Assembly: GCA_964452165.1 (NCBI GenBank)
Contig: CAYVKP010000001.1
Span: 204,110-268,109, forward strand
Origin: an uncultured Gammaproteobacteria bacterium
GTDB lineage: Bacteria > Patescibacteriota > Microgenomatia > Levybacterales > GWA1-39-11
Direction: 5' to 3'
Length of the DNA: 64,000 nt
A program made the position numbers and the translations under genes. The notes below the pieces were generated by a model, which was not told the DNA's origin, did not search any database, and was given only the letters and a program-made list of their open reading frames with translations. This document shows positions 18,550 through 28,290 of this stretch, piece by piece (positions within the stretch are counted from its first letter, which is position 1; the number at the start of each line of letters is the position of its first letter).

Positions 18550-19383
18550 ATGAAGAATTTATTCAAAAATAATTTAATTCACGCTTTCATCGCTTTGGCA
18601 ATTGTTGGCGTCTTTGTTTTTGCGTCAAAATCCTTTGCACAATCCGCACCAAAAGTCATGATCTGCCACGGCACCGACTCGGTTACCAATCCTTATCAAA
18701 CTCCAAACGTTGACATTTCATCTGCAACAGCTGAAGGTCACGCTAGTCACACAGGACCAGTAGCAACAGATGCGGTAGTAGCGCAAGCATTAAAAGATGC
18801 GCACATTCAATGGGGAGATATTATTCCCCCGTTCCCTTTGAGTGGTGTAGTAGGTGGACTCAACTGGACACCGGATGGTATAGCAATTTGGAATAATGGT
18901 TGTAAGTATGTGACGCCTCCCGCTACTCACAAAGCATGTTCTGGCGGTGCATGTACGGTTGTTGCCGGTATAGGAACTGATAGTTGTACTACAAATGCTA
19001 ATTGTCTGCCTAATCCTACTCACAAAGAATGTCAGAGAAATGCTTGCGTAGTCGTAAACGGTGCAGCAACTGATTCATGCAGCGTGGATGCTGATTGTGC
19101 CGCACCAACACCAACTCCAACACCAACTCCTACAAATACACCTAACAACCCAGGCAATCCCGGTGGACCTGGAGACGGAAAATCTGATGGACGTTCAAGT
19201 TGCCCAGAATGTACTCAGGCTCCAAAACAAGGACAGGTACTTGGTGCATCAACATTTGCAGGAACCGGTACTTTTGATTCAACTCTTGCAACAGCAGAAC
19301 AAGCCGCGGGAATCCTCCTCTCAGCAGGCGCAGTAGCGTATGCCCAAATCAAAACTAAAAAAAAGAGCAAAGCAAGCAAATAA
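18550..19383 (+). CDS. Secreted Cys-repeat protein with C-terminal sorting signal (QVLGAST...TG, hydrophobic segment, Lys-rich tail)
   Basis: Signal peptide MKNLF..AIVGVFVFASKSFAQS. Two HK[AE]C..AC.VV.G..TDSC...C repeats. C-terminus QVLGASTFAGTGTF..AAGILLSAGAVAYAQIKTKKKSKASK. Confidence 0.55.
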   Translation: MKNLFKNNLIHAFIALAIVGVFVFASKSFAQSAPKVMICHGTDSVTNPYQTPNVDISSATAEGHASHTGPVATDAVVAQALKDAHIQWGDIIPPFPLSGVVGGLNWTPDGIAIWNNGCKYVTPPATHKACSGGACTVVAGIGTDSCTTNANCLPNPTHKECQRNACVVVNGAATDSCSVDADCAAPTPTPTPTPTNTPNNPGNPGGPGDGKSDGRSSCPECTQAPKQGQVLGASTFAGTGTFDSTLATAEQAAGILLSAGAVAYAQIKTKKKSKASK

Positions 19384-19912
19384 GCACCCCTTTGTAGAAA
19401 AATTAATCGCTCTTGGAATCCTACTTTTTCTACTAGGTACCATCACGCACCTGCAAATTTTCACAAACGCCCTGATTAGCCAAAGGGAACAGCCTAAAAA
19501 GGTTTACGTGGCACAGGATCCGTCATCTATTTCAATTCCGTCGGTAAGAATTAACGTGAAGGTTGATGAAGGGGGTATAGCTTCGGGTAATTGGATTCTA
19601 TCTTCCGATAAAGCTCTATACTTACCCACAAGTGGAAAAATTGGGGAAGGCTACAATACCATAATCTACGCACACGACACCAATAATCTTTTTGGGCCTC
19701 TTCTTTGGGTAAAAAAGGGCGATTTAATTCTTCTTACTGACAGAAAAGGAAAGGAATTTAAGTATAAAATTTTCTCAACAGAAGAGGTTGACCCCAAAGA
19801 TCTGAGCAAGCTATATTCCACAGAGAAAAACATAGTCACGCTATTTACATGCGACGGGTGGTTTGATGAGAAAAGACTATTAGTAAAAGCAAAGCTACTT
19901 CAGAAAAGCTAA
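19340..19912 (+). CDS. Sortase-family transpeptidase
   Basis: N-terminal TM, conserved His (IIYAHDTNNLFGPL), TLxTC active-site Cys (VTLFTCDGW) and Arg (KRLLVKAKL). Overlaps the 3' end of its putative substrate gene. Confidence 0.75.
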   Translation: MPKSKLKKRAKQANKHPFVEKLIALGILLFLLGTITHLQIFTNALISQREQPKKVYVAQDPSSISIPSVRINVKVDEGGIASGNWILSSDKALYLPTSGKIGEGYNTIIYAHDTNNLFGPLLWVKKGDLILLTDRKGKEFKYKIFSTEEVDPKDLSKLYSTEKNIVTLFTCDGWFDEKRLLVKAKLLQKS

Positions 19913-19985
19913 CCCACAAAGATTCACCTATAGTATTGACATTGGGCTTTCAAATTGCTATAATCCCTAATCTTATATTAATTAG

Positions 19986-21662
19986 ATGAGCGAATACCCA
20001 CCTTATAGAAAAGTCGTTGTTGAGAAAGAACCAATTCTTGGTAAAAGAGACAGGATCCTATATACGTTTCTTTTTATAACAACCTTGATATCAATTCTCT
20101 GGTATTTTTTATGGTGGATTAATCTTGCACATATTCCCCACAATTTTCTGCATGGGTTTCATGTATTTGACCTTTTGCTTTTCGGATTACTCATATACGT
20201 TGTGTTCATTGGATATCTTTCAAGTTTCGTTACGTGGTTCTCCTTTCTCTTTGCCTCAAAGCCCAAAAAATCTTTTGCTCCAACCCAAAGTTTAAGAGTT
20301 GCTTTCTTAACGTGTTACGTTCCTGGCAAAGAACCAATAAAAATGCTTGCGAAAACTCTCGAGGCCATTAAAGCTGTGCGTTACCCTCACGATACATGGG
20401 TGCTTGATGAGGGTGATTCGGAGGAAGTAAAAAAATTATGCCGCAAACTTGGCGTAAATCATTTCACAAGGAAAGGAAGTAGAAGATTTAATATTGGAGT
20501 CTTTAGGAAAAAGACAAAAGCGGGAAATCATAATGCTTGGAGACATCATCACGAAGACAAGTACGATATAGTTGCTCAGGTTGATATGGACCACATTCCT
20601 AGACCGAATTTTCTTGAGAAAACGTTAGGATATTTTCGTGATCCAAGTGTTGCAATGGTTGGAACACCTGAAGTTTATAAAAAAACTAAAAACTGGGTAA
20701 TGAGCGGCTCTTCAGAGCAATCTGCAATTTTCCATTTCGCTATGCAAACCGGATATTATGGATGCGATATGCCACTTTTAATCGGTACAAGCCACCTCTA
20801 TAGAGTCTCTGCACTAAGGGAAATTGGAGGATATGTGCCAACAATTGTTGAAGATCATCTTACAGGAATGAAATTGTATTCGCACGGATATAAAGGAGTC
20901 TTTGTTCCTAAAATTTTAGCTCAAGGATACGGACCACTTAACTGGGTTGATTATTTTAATCAACAGTTTAGGTGGAGTTATGGATTATTTGAAATTCTTT
21001 TCTTTTACACTCCAAAACTTTTCCTGAAGCTTAAATGGAAGCAGAAAATAAATTACCTTATTGCGCAAACTTATTATTTCACAGGACCTGCTGTGGTTTT
21101 TGGAGCAATAATTACAGCATTATATCTTTGGACAGGAATAAGTCCTGTTAATATGCGTGTTGTTGATTGGATTTACCATGCTTTACCACCCTACATGGCA
21201 AGTCAAATAATTTTCAACTTCATAAGGCTTCATAGCATAAGGCCGGGCCGCATTCCTCTTTTTGGAATCAAGGGAAAAATACTAAATTTTGGCGCGAACA
21301 TTGTATATTCCCTCGCATTCATTGCTCTTATTTTGAGAAAAAAGTTTACTTACGCAGTTACAACAAAGGATGCAGCAAGACAACCGTCTGCAGTACCTCT
21401 ATCAACTTTTAGTTTACATTTCGCGATTTTGGTCGCATGCGCGGCAGGTCTTGTTGCAAGCATATATTTACACCACGCCGCCTCGTTGCAGAGAATATGG
21501 GGTACATTTACTGTTTTATCTATGGCCGGAGTTATTATTTCAAATTATTCCTTAAAAATCCGAGCATATATTAGAAAAGTGAAAAAGACATTATTCGCTA
21601 ACCAATTAGGAGCAAAACTTGCATATTCATACTTGCAAAACGCATTTAGAGAACTCCTATAA
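19986..21662 (+). CDS. Processive family-2 glycosyltransferase (cellulose/chitin-synthase-like), multi-TM
   Basis: D,D motifs (VLDEGDSEE; QVDMDHIP), TED-like VEDH, and QQFRWSYG (QxxRW). Multiple TM helices on both sides of the catalytic domain. Confidence 0.75.
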   Translation: MSEYPPYRKVVVEKEPILGKRDRILYTFLFITTLISILWYFLWWINLAHIPHNFLHGFHVFDLLLFGLLIYVVFIGYLSSFVTWFSFLFASKPKKSFAPTQSLRVAFLTCYVPGKEPIKMLAKTLEAIKAVRYPHDTWVLDEGDSEEVKKLCRKLGVNHFTRKGSRRFNIGVFRKKTKAGNHNAWRHHHEDKYDIVAQVDMDHIPRPNFLEKTLGYFRDPSVAMVGTPEVYKKTKNWVMSGSSEQSAIFHFAMQTGYYGCDMPLLIGTSHLYRVSALREIGGYVPTIVEDHLTGMKLYSHGYKGVFVPKILAQGYGPLNWVDYFNQQFRWSYGLFEILFFYTPKLFLKLKWKQKINYLIAQTYYFTGPAVVFGAIITALYLWTGISPVNMRVVDWIYHALPPYMASQIIFNFIRLHSIRPGRIPLFGIKGKILNFGANIVYSLAFIALILRKKFTYAVTTKDAARQPSAVPLSTFSLHFAILVACAAGLVASIYLHHAASLQRIWGTFTVLSMAGVIISNYSLKIRAYIRKVKKTLFANQLGAKLAYSYLQNAFRELL

Positions 21663-21775
21663 AAGTTTAAAACTCTCTACCGCTGTGGTGTCATTTTATT
21701 TAAAAAATGACTGATTGTAATCACCCAGTTAAAGTGATATTATCCCCCTAAGTACTTAGGTACGAATTCATTATT

Positions 21776-24700
21776 ATGCATAAGCTTAGGCGGGCTGCTC
21801 AAAAATTCCTAGTCTTTATAGCTTTTTTTGCCATGCTGGTTCAGTCTTTGAACCCGTTCTTGTACGTCTTACCTCAAGTAGCATATGCGCAAGAAGCAAC
21901 CGTTACACCAACCGATACTCCAAGTGATACACCAACGGTCACGCCAGACCAGAACCAGACAGTAACTCCGACCCCAACTCCAGCAGACTCAGTTACACCA
22001 ACTGACACCCCAACTCCAGCAGAAACCGTTACGCCAACTCCTGTTGGGGGAGATACTTCGACAGTTACACCAGACCAGACTCAACCCAACAACAATAGCC
22101 CGCCAAGTGGCCAGAGTGTTTCGGGTCAAAATAGTTCAAACAGCTCAAATAGCAACTCTCCAACTTCATCTATAACTCCCACGATAACGGTTGCTCCAAC
22201 TGTAACTCCAGCTCCTGATAAGGGGGAGGGCGGAAAAATAGGCGTAGCGGTTCTTAAAGATGTATCAGCCCCAAGCATTGATTTACAAGCAACAAATACG
22301 GATAGTTCCGCGACTTTGACAACAGACAAATCCGACTATGCACCAACAGATACAGCCTTAATTACCGGGTCTAATTTTTCTCCCAACAAGACTTATTCAT
22401 TAACTGTTAGTTCAAATGATGCTCCTGCAACCAGCACGACTGCTAACGTTACTACAAATGATAGCGGGTCATTCGTTTACGCCTATCAATTAGACGGAAA
22501 GTACAGACCAAACTATAAGGTCGAGGTTAAAGACGCTTCTGGAACAGTAGTTGCCTCAACAACATTTACAGATAGTGCAAGTGTAACAACCACAGTTAGT
22601 GGTGTTGCCTGTGTAGGTGACCAACCGGGGCAAAACGGTTTAGTATGTACTGCAAACGATATTAATCTTGCCTCTGTCTCACCCACCGTTACAATAAATG
22701 GGCATGGATGTAGATTCCCCGGAGATACAGTTAACTTTACGGCAAACTATCAAATTCAATCCAATGCAAACAATAGATACAACGCAGGAGTTTGGTTTGC
22801 AACAAATGGGCAGGCAAGTGCCTTGCATGGAACGTGTTCAGCAACTTCACTTCCAAGCACACCCAACCCTCCCTTTTTTGATGGTGGGACTTCATGTGGA
22901 GGTATTAATAAACCTGACATTGGAACAATTACTATCACTCAGACAGCAGTATGTAATCCCGACAGTAGTGGATTTCTCACGATTCCATACTGTACAACAT
23001 GGCAACAAAACTCAAATAACGCATGTACCACACCTACTGATACTGTACCCGGAACAGGCTCAAAATGTAATTGTCCAGCAGGTGGAATTGAAATCCCAAT
23101 AACTGTTCCTCCAGCAATAGAAGTTATAAAGTCTCTTTCACCATCAAATGACTCGGGACTATTTAATTTATTAGTTAATGCTATTACTAAAAAAACAGAC
23201 GCCACAAATGGTGGAACAACAGGAAAAGTTGGAGTAACAACCGGACAAAATACTTTTGGAGAAGCAAACGGAACAGGTACAAACTTAAGTAATTATGCTT
23301 CTGTTGCTTCATGTGTTTTAAGAGGAACTTCAACAACAGTAGCAATAACCGGAACTGGCCCAACTTGGACAATCACCAATGTAACTAACGGACAGGATAT
23401 AGTCTGTACGATTACCAATACTGCAAACAACGGAACAATCGAGCTTAAAAAAGTATGGTCCGGAACGGGAGGACAAACAACACTCACAATCGGATCAGCA
23501 ATCGGAGGCAATAACGTTGCCAACACACAGACAGGAGCAATCGGATCAGCACCTTTAACAACGGGTCCAAAAACGGTAAATAGCGGTAGTTATTATTTAA
23601 ATGAAACCGGAGGATTAACAAACTACACACCGTCTGCTCTTACTTGTTTCAATGATGCGAATAACGATGGAACAAATAATAACGGGGAGTCATCTGTTAG
23701 TGTCGGCGCAAGTAATGCGGTAGCAGTAAGCGCGAATCAACACGTCATTTGTTCTTTCACAAACACACGTGATCAGGGGACAATCGAGCTTAAAAAAGTA
23801 TGGTCCGGAACGGGAGGACAAACAACATTAAATATTGGAACATCAGCTGGAGGGACACAAACCGCAAGTGTTCAGACAGGAGCAAGCGGAGCAGCACCGC
23901 TCACAACCGGGACACAAACCGTTGATACCAATACTTACTATATTTCAGAAAATGGCGGATTAACGGATTACTCATCAGTTCTTGCTTGTACGGATAATGG
24001 AAGTACAGTAACACCGGGTGCAAATAACTCACTCAATGTTGCAAAGAATCATGCGGTTATTTGTACATTTACTAACACAAGAAATACCGGAACAATCAAA
24101 GTAATAAAAGACGTAGTGGCACCTAATGGGTCCCCAATTACCGATACTTCAACAAACTTTGCATTTTCGGTCGACGGCGGTTCTACGTTTGATTTAACTG
24201 ACGGAGGAAACCATTCAACAACTGTCATAACAGGAGCAAATCATACGGTTGTTGAAACGCCTAACGCAAATTACGACTTCGCAGGTTGTACAAGTGATTC
24301 CCAGACTCAGGGATCGGCCGTTGCTAACGGAATTGTTGTAACAGTTACAACTGGTACAACTTCAACTGTTACCTGTACTAACAAACAAAAGCATGCAAAG
24401 ATTACGGTCGTTAAAGTTGTCAAAGACGCAAGCGGAAAAGTAGTAAGTGATAGTAAAACATTTACAGTTCAATTAAATGGAGCAAGTGACGACTCTACGC
24501 TTTCCGATACTCATGATGTAGTCTACAATCCAAATCCTGGAACTTATACGGTAAGCGAAGCAAATGACGCAAATTACGATAATTTAGGATGTAAATTGAA
24601 TGCCGATCTTACTGCGACCAACTTTAGCTTGGCATCGAATCAATCTGTGACCGTTACATGTACCAATAAACAAAAACCTGGTTCAATTCTGGGAGTAAAA

Positions 24701-26581
24701 ACGGATGAAAACAACAATCTTCTACCAAATTGGACAATACAACTTGCTTCGTGTCTTGCAGGATTTACAAATTGTGTCGATGTTCTAGGAGCGGCAATCC
24801 CAACCGACAACAACGGAGCATATTTGTTCAGCAATTTAGTTACAGGATTTTACCAGGTGTACGAAATTATGCAGGCGGGTTGGACAAACGTTACCGCTCT
24901 TTTTCACAATGTTGAAATTCAGCCGGGAACAGTAAGTTCAAACAATAACTTCCAGAATAAAGGAAATCTGAGAATTACGGCTTGTAAATACGAGGATGCT
25001 GATGCTAATAATCAGACAACAGAAGATAGAACGCCGGTCAATAATTGGAGTTTTACACTCAGCGGTGAGCAACTCGGAGAAAATGTTACTCAGTCAGCAG
25101 GAGAAGAAAGCAATTGTACAACCTTTACGGATCTTAAACCCGGAGCCTATCAGGTTGATGAAAAATTGGCCAGTCACACGGACTGGTCTGTAGTAGACAA
25201 GAATGGAGATGTTCAGGACGTCACCCTTACAAATGAATCCACAACGGTTAATTTCTACAACTACCGAAAAGCTCATATTATTGTCAAGAAAGACGTAGTG
25301 AATCCTGATGGGGGCGTAGTTACTGATACAAGTACAAATTTTGACTTCAGAATTCACCAAGGCGGAGACATAGTTGAATCTTTCTCTTTGGTTGATGGCG
25401 CAACGAGTTCTACTTACGATGTTAATCCAGGCACTTACGATGTTAACGAAGTTCTAAACCATAGTAATTACTCGTTTGGTTCCTGTACTGCGGTTTATGA
25501 CGGTGAATCAATCGGCCGTCCTGTTACAGAAGAAGACGAATCAGGTGAGCAGGTAAGTCTTGATTCAAATGACACAGTGACGGTTACATGTATTAACAAG
25601 CAGAAAACGGGCAGGGTCCATGGATACAAATGGAACGATGAAAACGGGGACGGAAAACTAACTTGTACTGAAGGTGGCGAATTCCCAACATGTGAATCAA
25701 AACTATCTGATTGGACCATCTTTGTTGATTCAAATAACAATAAAACCCTCGATGAAGGAGAGCAATCGACTACAACCGACTCAAGTGGGAATTACTCTTT
25801 TACCCTTAATCCTGGGACCTACAATATTTGCGAAGTAGTAAAAACAGGTTGGGAGCAAACTTATCCGGGCTCAGGGGAAACTGCCTGTCACACCGTTACG
25901 ATAAGTTCAAATCAAAACTCTGAGCAAAGTCTTAACTTCGGAAATAAAAATGTGATTCCGGCATTCACAATTGCTAAAACCAATGACACAGAAGGAGCGA
26001 GCAAAGCACCGGGAGACGTAGTTAACTACACCCTGACATTAACGCTCGACGATACAAAGGGTCCCGGAGACAACATAACTGTTACCGACCTTCTTCCAAA
26101 GGGCTTTGTTTACAATGGAGGCTCATACCAAGCATTTCTCAATGGGAACCCAATATCAGTTGAAGAACCAACCTACCATTCACCGGGAACATGGACTCTT
26201 CCAAGCGCACAGCCGGGTGATGTATTTACATTAAAATACAAAGCAACTGTTGATAGCGGACAGCAATCAGGTACATATTATGACAATGCATGGGGACAAG
26301 GTACGCCTGTAGGAGATCCTTCAAGTACGATTCTTGCGCTCGCGGGTACAGATGGAAATATTGGTGATCCAAATTTTGTAGGAACACAAGTAAGCGTTTC
26401 AAAAGAAGATTCCCAATCGCCGTCTATTGCTAAAACCCAGGGCCAAGTTTTAGGTGCATCAACCGAGGCTCTGCCTTCAACAGGTGCAAACACATTTCAA
26501 ACAGCTCTGGGAATCATCGTACTTATTATAGGATTGAACTTATTACTTGTAGGCTTTATAATTCGCAAACGCTATGTTTAA
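21776..26581 (+). CDS. Giant (1601 aa) cell-surface adhesin-like protein with DUF11/Cna-B/SdrD-B-type repeats and C-terminal sortase signal
   Basis: Signal peptide. Pro/Thr-rich linker. Tandem repeats around GTIELKKVWSGTGGQTTL. SdrD-B-like segment KWNDENGDGKL...SDWTIFVDSNNNKTLDEGE. DUF11-like GDVVNYTLTLTL..GTYYDNAWG. C-terminus QVLGASTEALPSTGANTF, then a TM, then RKRYV. Confidence 0.8.
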   Translation: MHKLRRAAQKFLVFIAFFAMLVQSLNPFLYVLPQVAYAQEATVTPTDTPSDTPTVTPDQNQTVTPTPTPADSVTPTDTPTPAETVTPTPVGGDTSTVTPDQTQPNNNSPPSGQSVSGQNSSNSSNSNSPTSSITPTITVAPTVTPAPDKGEGGKIGVAVLKDVSAPSIDLQATNTDSSATLTTDKSDYAPTDTALITGSNFSPNKTYSLTVSSNDAPATSTTANVTTNDSGSFVYAYQLDGKYRPNYKVEVKDASGTVVASTTFTDSASVTTTVSGVACVGDQPGQNGLVCTANDINLASVSPTVTINGHGCRFPGDTVNFTANYQIQSNANNRYNAGVWFATNGQASALHGTCSATSLPSTPNPPFFDGGTSCGGINKPDIGTITITQTAVCNPDSSGFLTIPYCTTWQQNSNNACTTPTDTVPGTGSKCNCPAGGIEIPITVPPAIEVIKSLSPSNDSGLFNLLVNAITKKTDATNGGTTGKVGVTTGQNTFGEANGTGTNLSNYASVASCVLRGTSTTVAITGTGPTWTITNVTNGQDIVCTITNTANNGTIELKKVWSGTGGQTTLTIGSAIGGNNVANTQTGAIGSAPLTTGPKTVNSGSYYLNETGGLTNYTPSALTCFNDANNDGTNNNGESSVSVGASNAVAVSANQHVICSFTNTRDQGTIELKKVWSGTGGQTTLNIGTSAGGTQTASVQTGASGAAPLTTGTQTVDTNTYYISENGGLTDYSSVLACTDNGSTVTPGANNSLNVAKNHAVICTFTNTRNTGTIKVIKDVVAPNGSPITDTSTNFAFSVDGGSTFDLTDGGNHSTTVITGANHTVVETPNANYDFAGCTSDSQTQGSAVANGIVVTVTTGTTSTVTCTNKQKHAKITVVKVVKDASGKVVSDSKTFTVQLNGASDDSTLSDTHDVVYNPNPGTYTVSEANDANYDNLGCKLNADLTATNFSLASNQSVTVTCTNKQKPGSILGVKTDENNNLLPNWTIQLASCLAGFTNCVDVLGAAIPTDNNGAYLFSNLVTGFYQVYEIMQAGWTNVTALFHNVEIQPGTVSSNNNFQNKGNLRITACKYEDADANNQTTEDRTPVNNWSFTLSGEQLGENVTQSAGEESNCTTFTDLKPGAYQVDEKLASHTDWSVVDKNGDVQDVTLTNESTTVNFYNYRKAHIIVKKDVVNPDGGVVTDTSTNFDFRIHQGGDIVESFSLVDGATSSTYDVNPGTYDVNEVLNHSNYSFGSCTAVYDGESIGRPVTEEDESGEQVSLDSNDTVTVTCINKQKTGRVHGYKWNDENGDGKLTCTEGGEFPTCESKLSDWTIFVDSNNNKTLDEGEQSTTTDSSGNYSFTLNPGTYNICEVVKTGWEQTYPGSGETACHTVTISSNQNSEQSLNFGNKNVIPAFTIAKTNDTEGASKAPGDVVNYTLTLTLDDTKGPGDNITVTDLLPKGFVYNGGSYQAFLNGNPISVEEPTYHSPGTWTLPSAQPGDVFTLKYKATVDSGQQSGTYYDNAWGQGTPVGDPSSTILALAGTDGNIGDPNFVGTQVSVSKEDSQSPSIAKTQGQVLGASTEALPSTGANTFQTALGIIVLIIGLNLLLVGFIIRKRYV
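23431..24120 (+). repeat. Intragenic tandem domain repeats (about 345-bp period) within the adhesin gene
   Basis: Near-identical DNA acaatcgagcttaaaaaagtatggtccggaacgggaggacaaacaaca at about 23440 and about 23785. A third, diverged unit lies near 24080. Confidence 0.5.
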
Positions 26582-27596
26582 GATATTATTTAGATCATTT
26601 ATAGGTTTTGCCGCCGTGCTTATCTTAGCAAGCCTTGTCTCGCCTTTGGCGGATCAGGTTTTTGCTAACTCAGCAGTATCAATAAGACTTGAGCAGCCAA
26701 AGACTCCCACCAACCAAAATTCCCTTAATATTACATTTGTAACACTCGATACACAGAGTGAGGCAATTACCGTCAAATGCTTCAAAAAAGGCCCAACTGA
26801 TGGCGCTTTTAGCCAGTTTGGGGCAGACATAAATCTTGCGGCGGGCGGAAATACCGGAACCTGCGATGCCAATTCGTCCGTAATAAACACTCCGGGTTCA
26901 TATCAATTTTATGCAACAGCAACGGCAGCCTCAGGCAATGGCACAAGTTCAACAGTAAATGTTGATTACAACAATTCCGGGCCAGGTACTCCCACAAATT
27001 TCAGCAAGGACAGAATTACCTCTTGCTCGTACAAAATTAAATTTAGAACGGCAGATGATAGCGGAAAAACAATCAAAGTAAGAATATACCGTGCCGACGC
27101 AACTGCTTCGGATCCATCTTCAACGTCTGAAGTAGGAGCTGTTAATATTGGCTCGAGTACCGATGGAGAATTCACAAATACGATTCCTGACTGTAGTAAA
27201 TCATACTACTATGCGGTAAGGGCTTTTGATTCTGCAGGAAATGCGTCGGGGGTCGTAGGAGATTCTATAAATATAGGAAGTACTACTACGACCACAACCA
27301 CAACAACGGGCACAACGGGTGCAAGCCCAACCGCAGGCACTGGTGCAATTCCAGTTGGTGCAGGACAGGGATCGGTTCCGGGCGAGCAAACAAATCAAAA
27401 TGAAAATGGTACAAAACAAGAAGTACTTGGTGCATCAACACCAAGTGGCAAGACAGGAGAAATGGAAAAGAAGAACAATGCAACTGTGGGTAGCGCCTTT
27501 TCCTCAAAAAAACTTTTTGCAGGAGCAATCGCCATAATAGTAGTGATCGCAGGAGTTGCCTATATCCTCTACAGAAGAGGCAAGAAAACCATATAA
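26574..27596 (+). CDS. FN3/Ig-like surface protein with Thr-rich stalk and C-terminal sorting signal (EVLGAST...KTG, TM, RRGKK)
   Basis: Signal peptide, beta-rich domains, a run of Thr, and C-terminus EVLGASTPSGKTGEME...AGAIAIIVVIAGVAYILYRRGKKTI. Overlaps the adhesin gene's end by 8 nt. Confidence 0.6.
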   Translation: MFKILFRSFIGFAAVLILASLVSPLADQVFANSAVSIRLEQPKTPTNQNSLNITFVTLDTQSEAITVKCFKKGPTDGAFSQFGADINLAAGGNTGTCDANSSVINTPGSYQFYATATAASGNGTSSTVNVDYNNSGPGTPTNFSKDRITSCSYKIKFRTADDSGKTIKVRIYRADATASDPSSTSEVGAVNIGSSTDGEFTNTIPDCSKSYYYAVRAFDSAGNASGVVGDSINIGSTTTTTTTTTGTTGASPTAGTGAIPVGAGQGSVPGEQTNQNENGTKQEVLGASTPSGKTGEMEKKNNATVGSAFSSKKLFAGAIAIIVVIAGVAYILYRRGKKTI

Positions 27597-28217
27597 TTGT
27601 CTTTAGTGAAAAGACTTTCTTCTCTTTTAATTTACGCAGGCGGCGCACTTGTAATTCTATCTCTTATATTTCTAATCGTAGTTTTTGCCCCAATTATAAA
27701 ACTTGAACTTTCGTATTTTTTCCAAGGTCCTGGAAAAGAAAAAGTTGTTTTAGAAAATAAAACAAGAGCAGAAAATGTGCTTGTTCCTGTTGATCCCGAA
27801 TTCGGAATCGTGATTCCCAAAATTCGAGCAAATGCAAAAATAATACCAAATGTAAATCCGTATTCTGAGCCGGAGTACCAGAGAGCTTTAGCACGCGGTG
27901 TCGCTCAGGCACGCGGTACCGGTGTGCCGGGAGAGGGTAAAAACATTTTCCTTTTTTCTCACTCATCTGTCGACTTTCTTGAAGCTTCACGTTACAACTC
28001 TATTTTTTATTTGCTCAATAAGATGGAAAAAGGAGATGAGATAGACCTTTTTTATAAGGGGCGCGAATATAAGTATAAAGTAACTGACAAAAAAATAGTT
28101 GATCCTAAAAATGTTGCATACTTAAGTCCAAACTCTAACCAGGAAAAATTGACCTTGATGACTTGCTGGCCTCCCGGCACAAATCTACAAAGACTCATTA
28201 TAACAGCCCGGCAATAA
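27597..28217 (+). CDS. Sortase-family transpeptidase
   Basis: TM anchor, His (IFLFSHSS), Cys (KLTLMTCWPPGT) and Arg (RLIITAR). Lies immediately after two putative substrates. Confidence 0.75.
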   Translation: MSLVKRLSSLLIYAGGALVILSLIFLIVVFAPIIKLELSYFFQGPGKEKVVLENKTRAENVLVPVDPEFGIVIPKIRANAKIIPNVNPYSEPEYQRALARGVAQARGTGVPGEGKNIFLFSHSSVDFLEASRYNSIFYLLNKMEKGDEIDLFYKGREYKYKVTDKKIVDPKNVAYLSPNSNQEKLTLMTCWPPGTNLQRLIITARQ

Positions 28218-28290
28218 GGCCTCTTTTGATACAGAAACGCCATATTTACAAGATACCTTTAAAGTGTTAAATTTTAATATCTTTAGGCAG

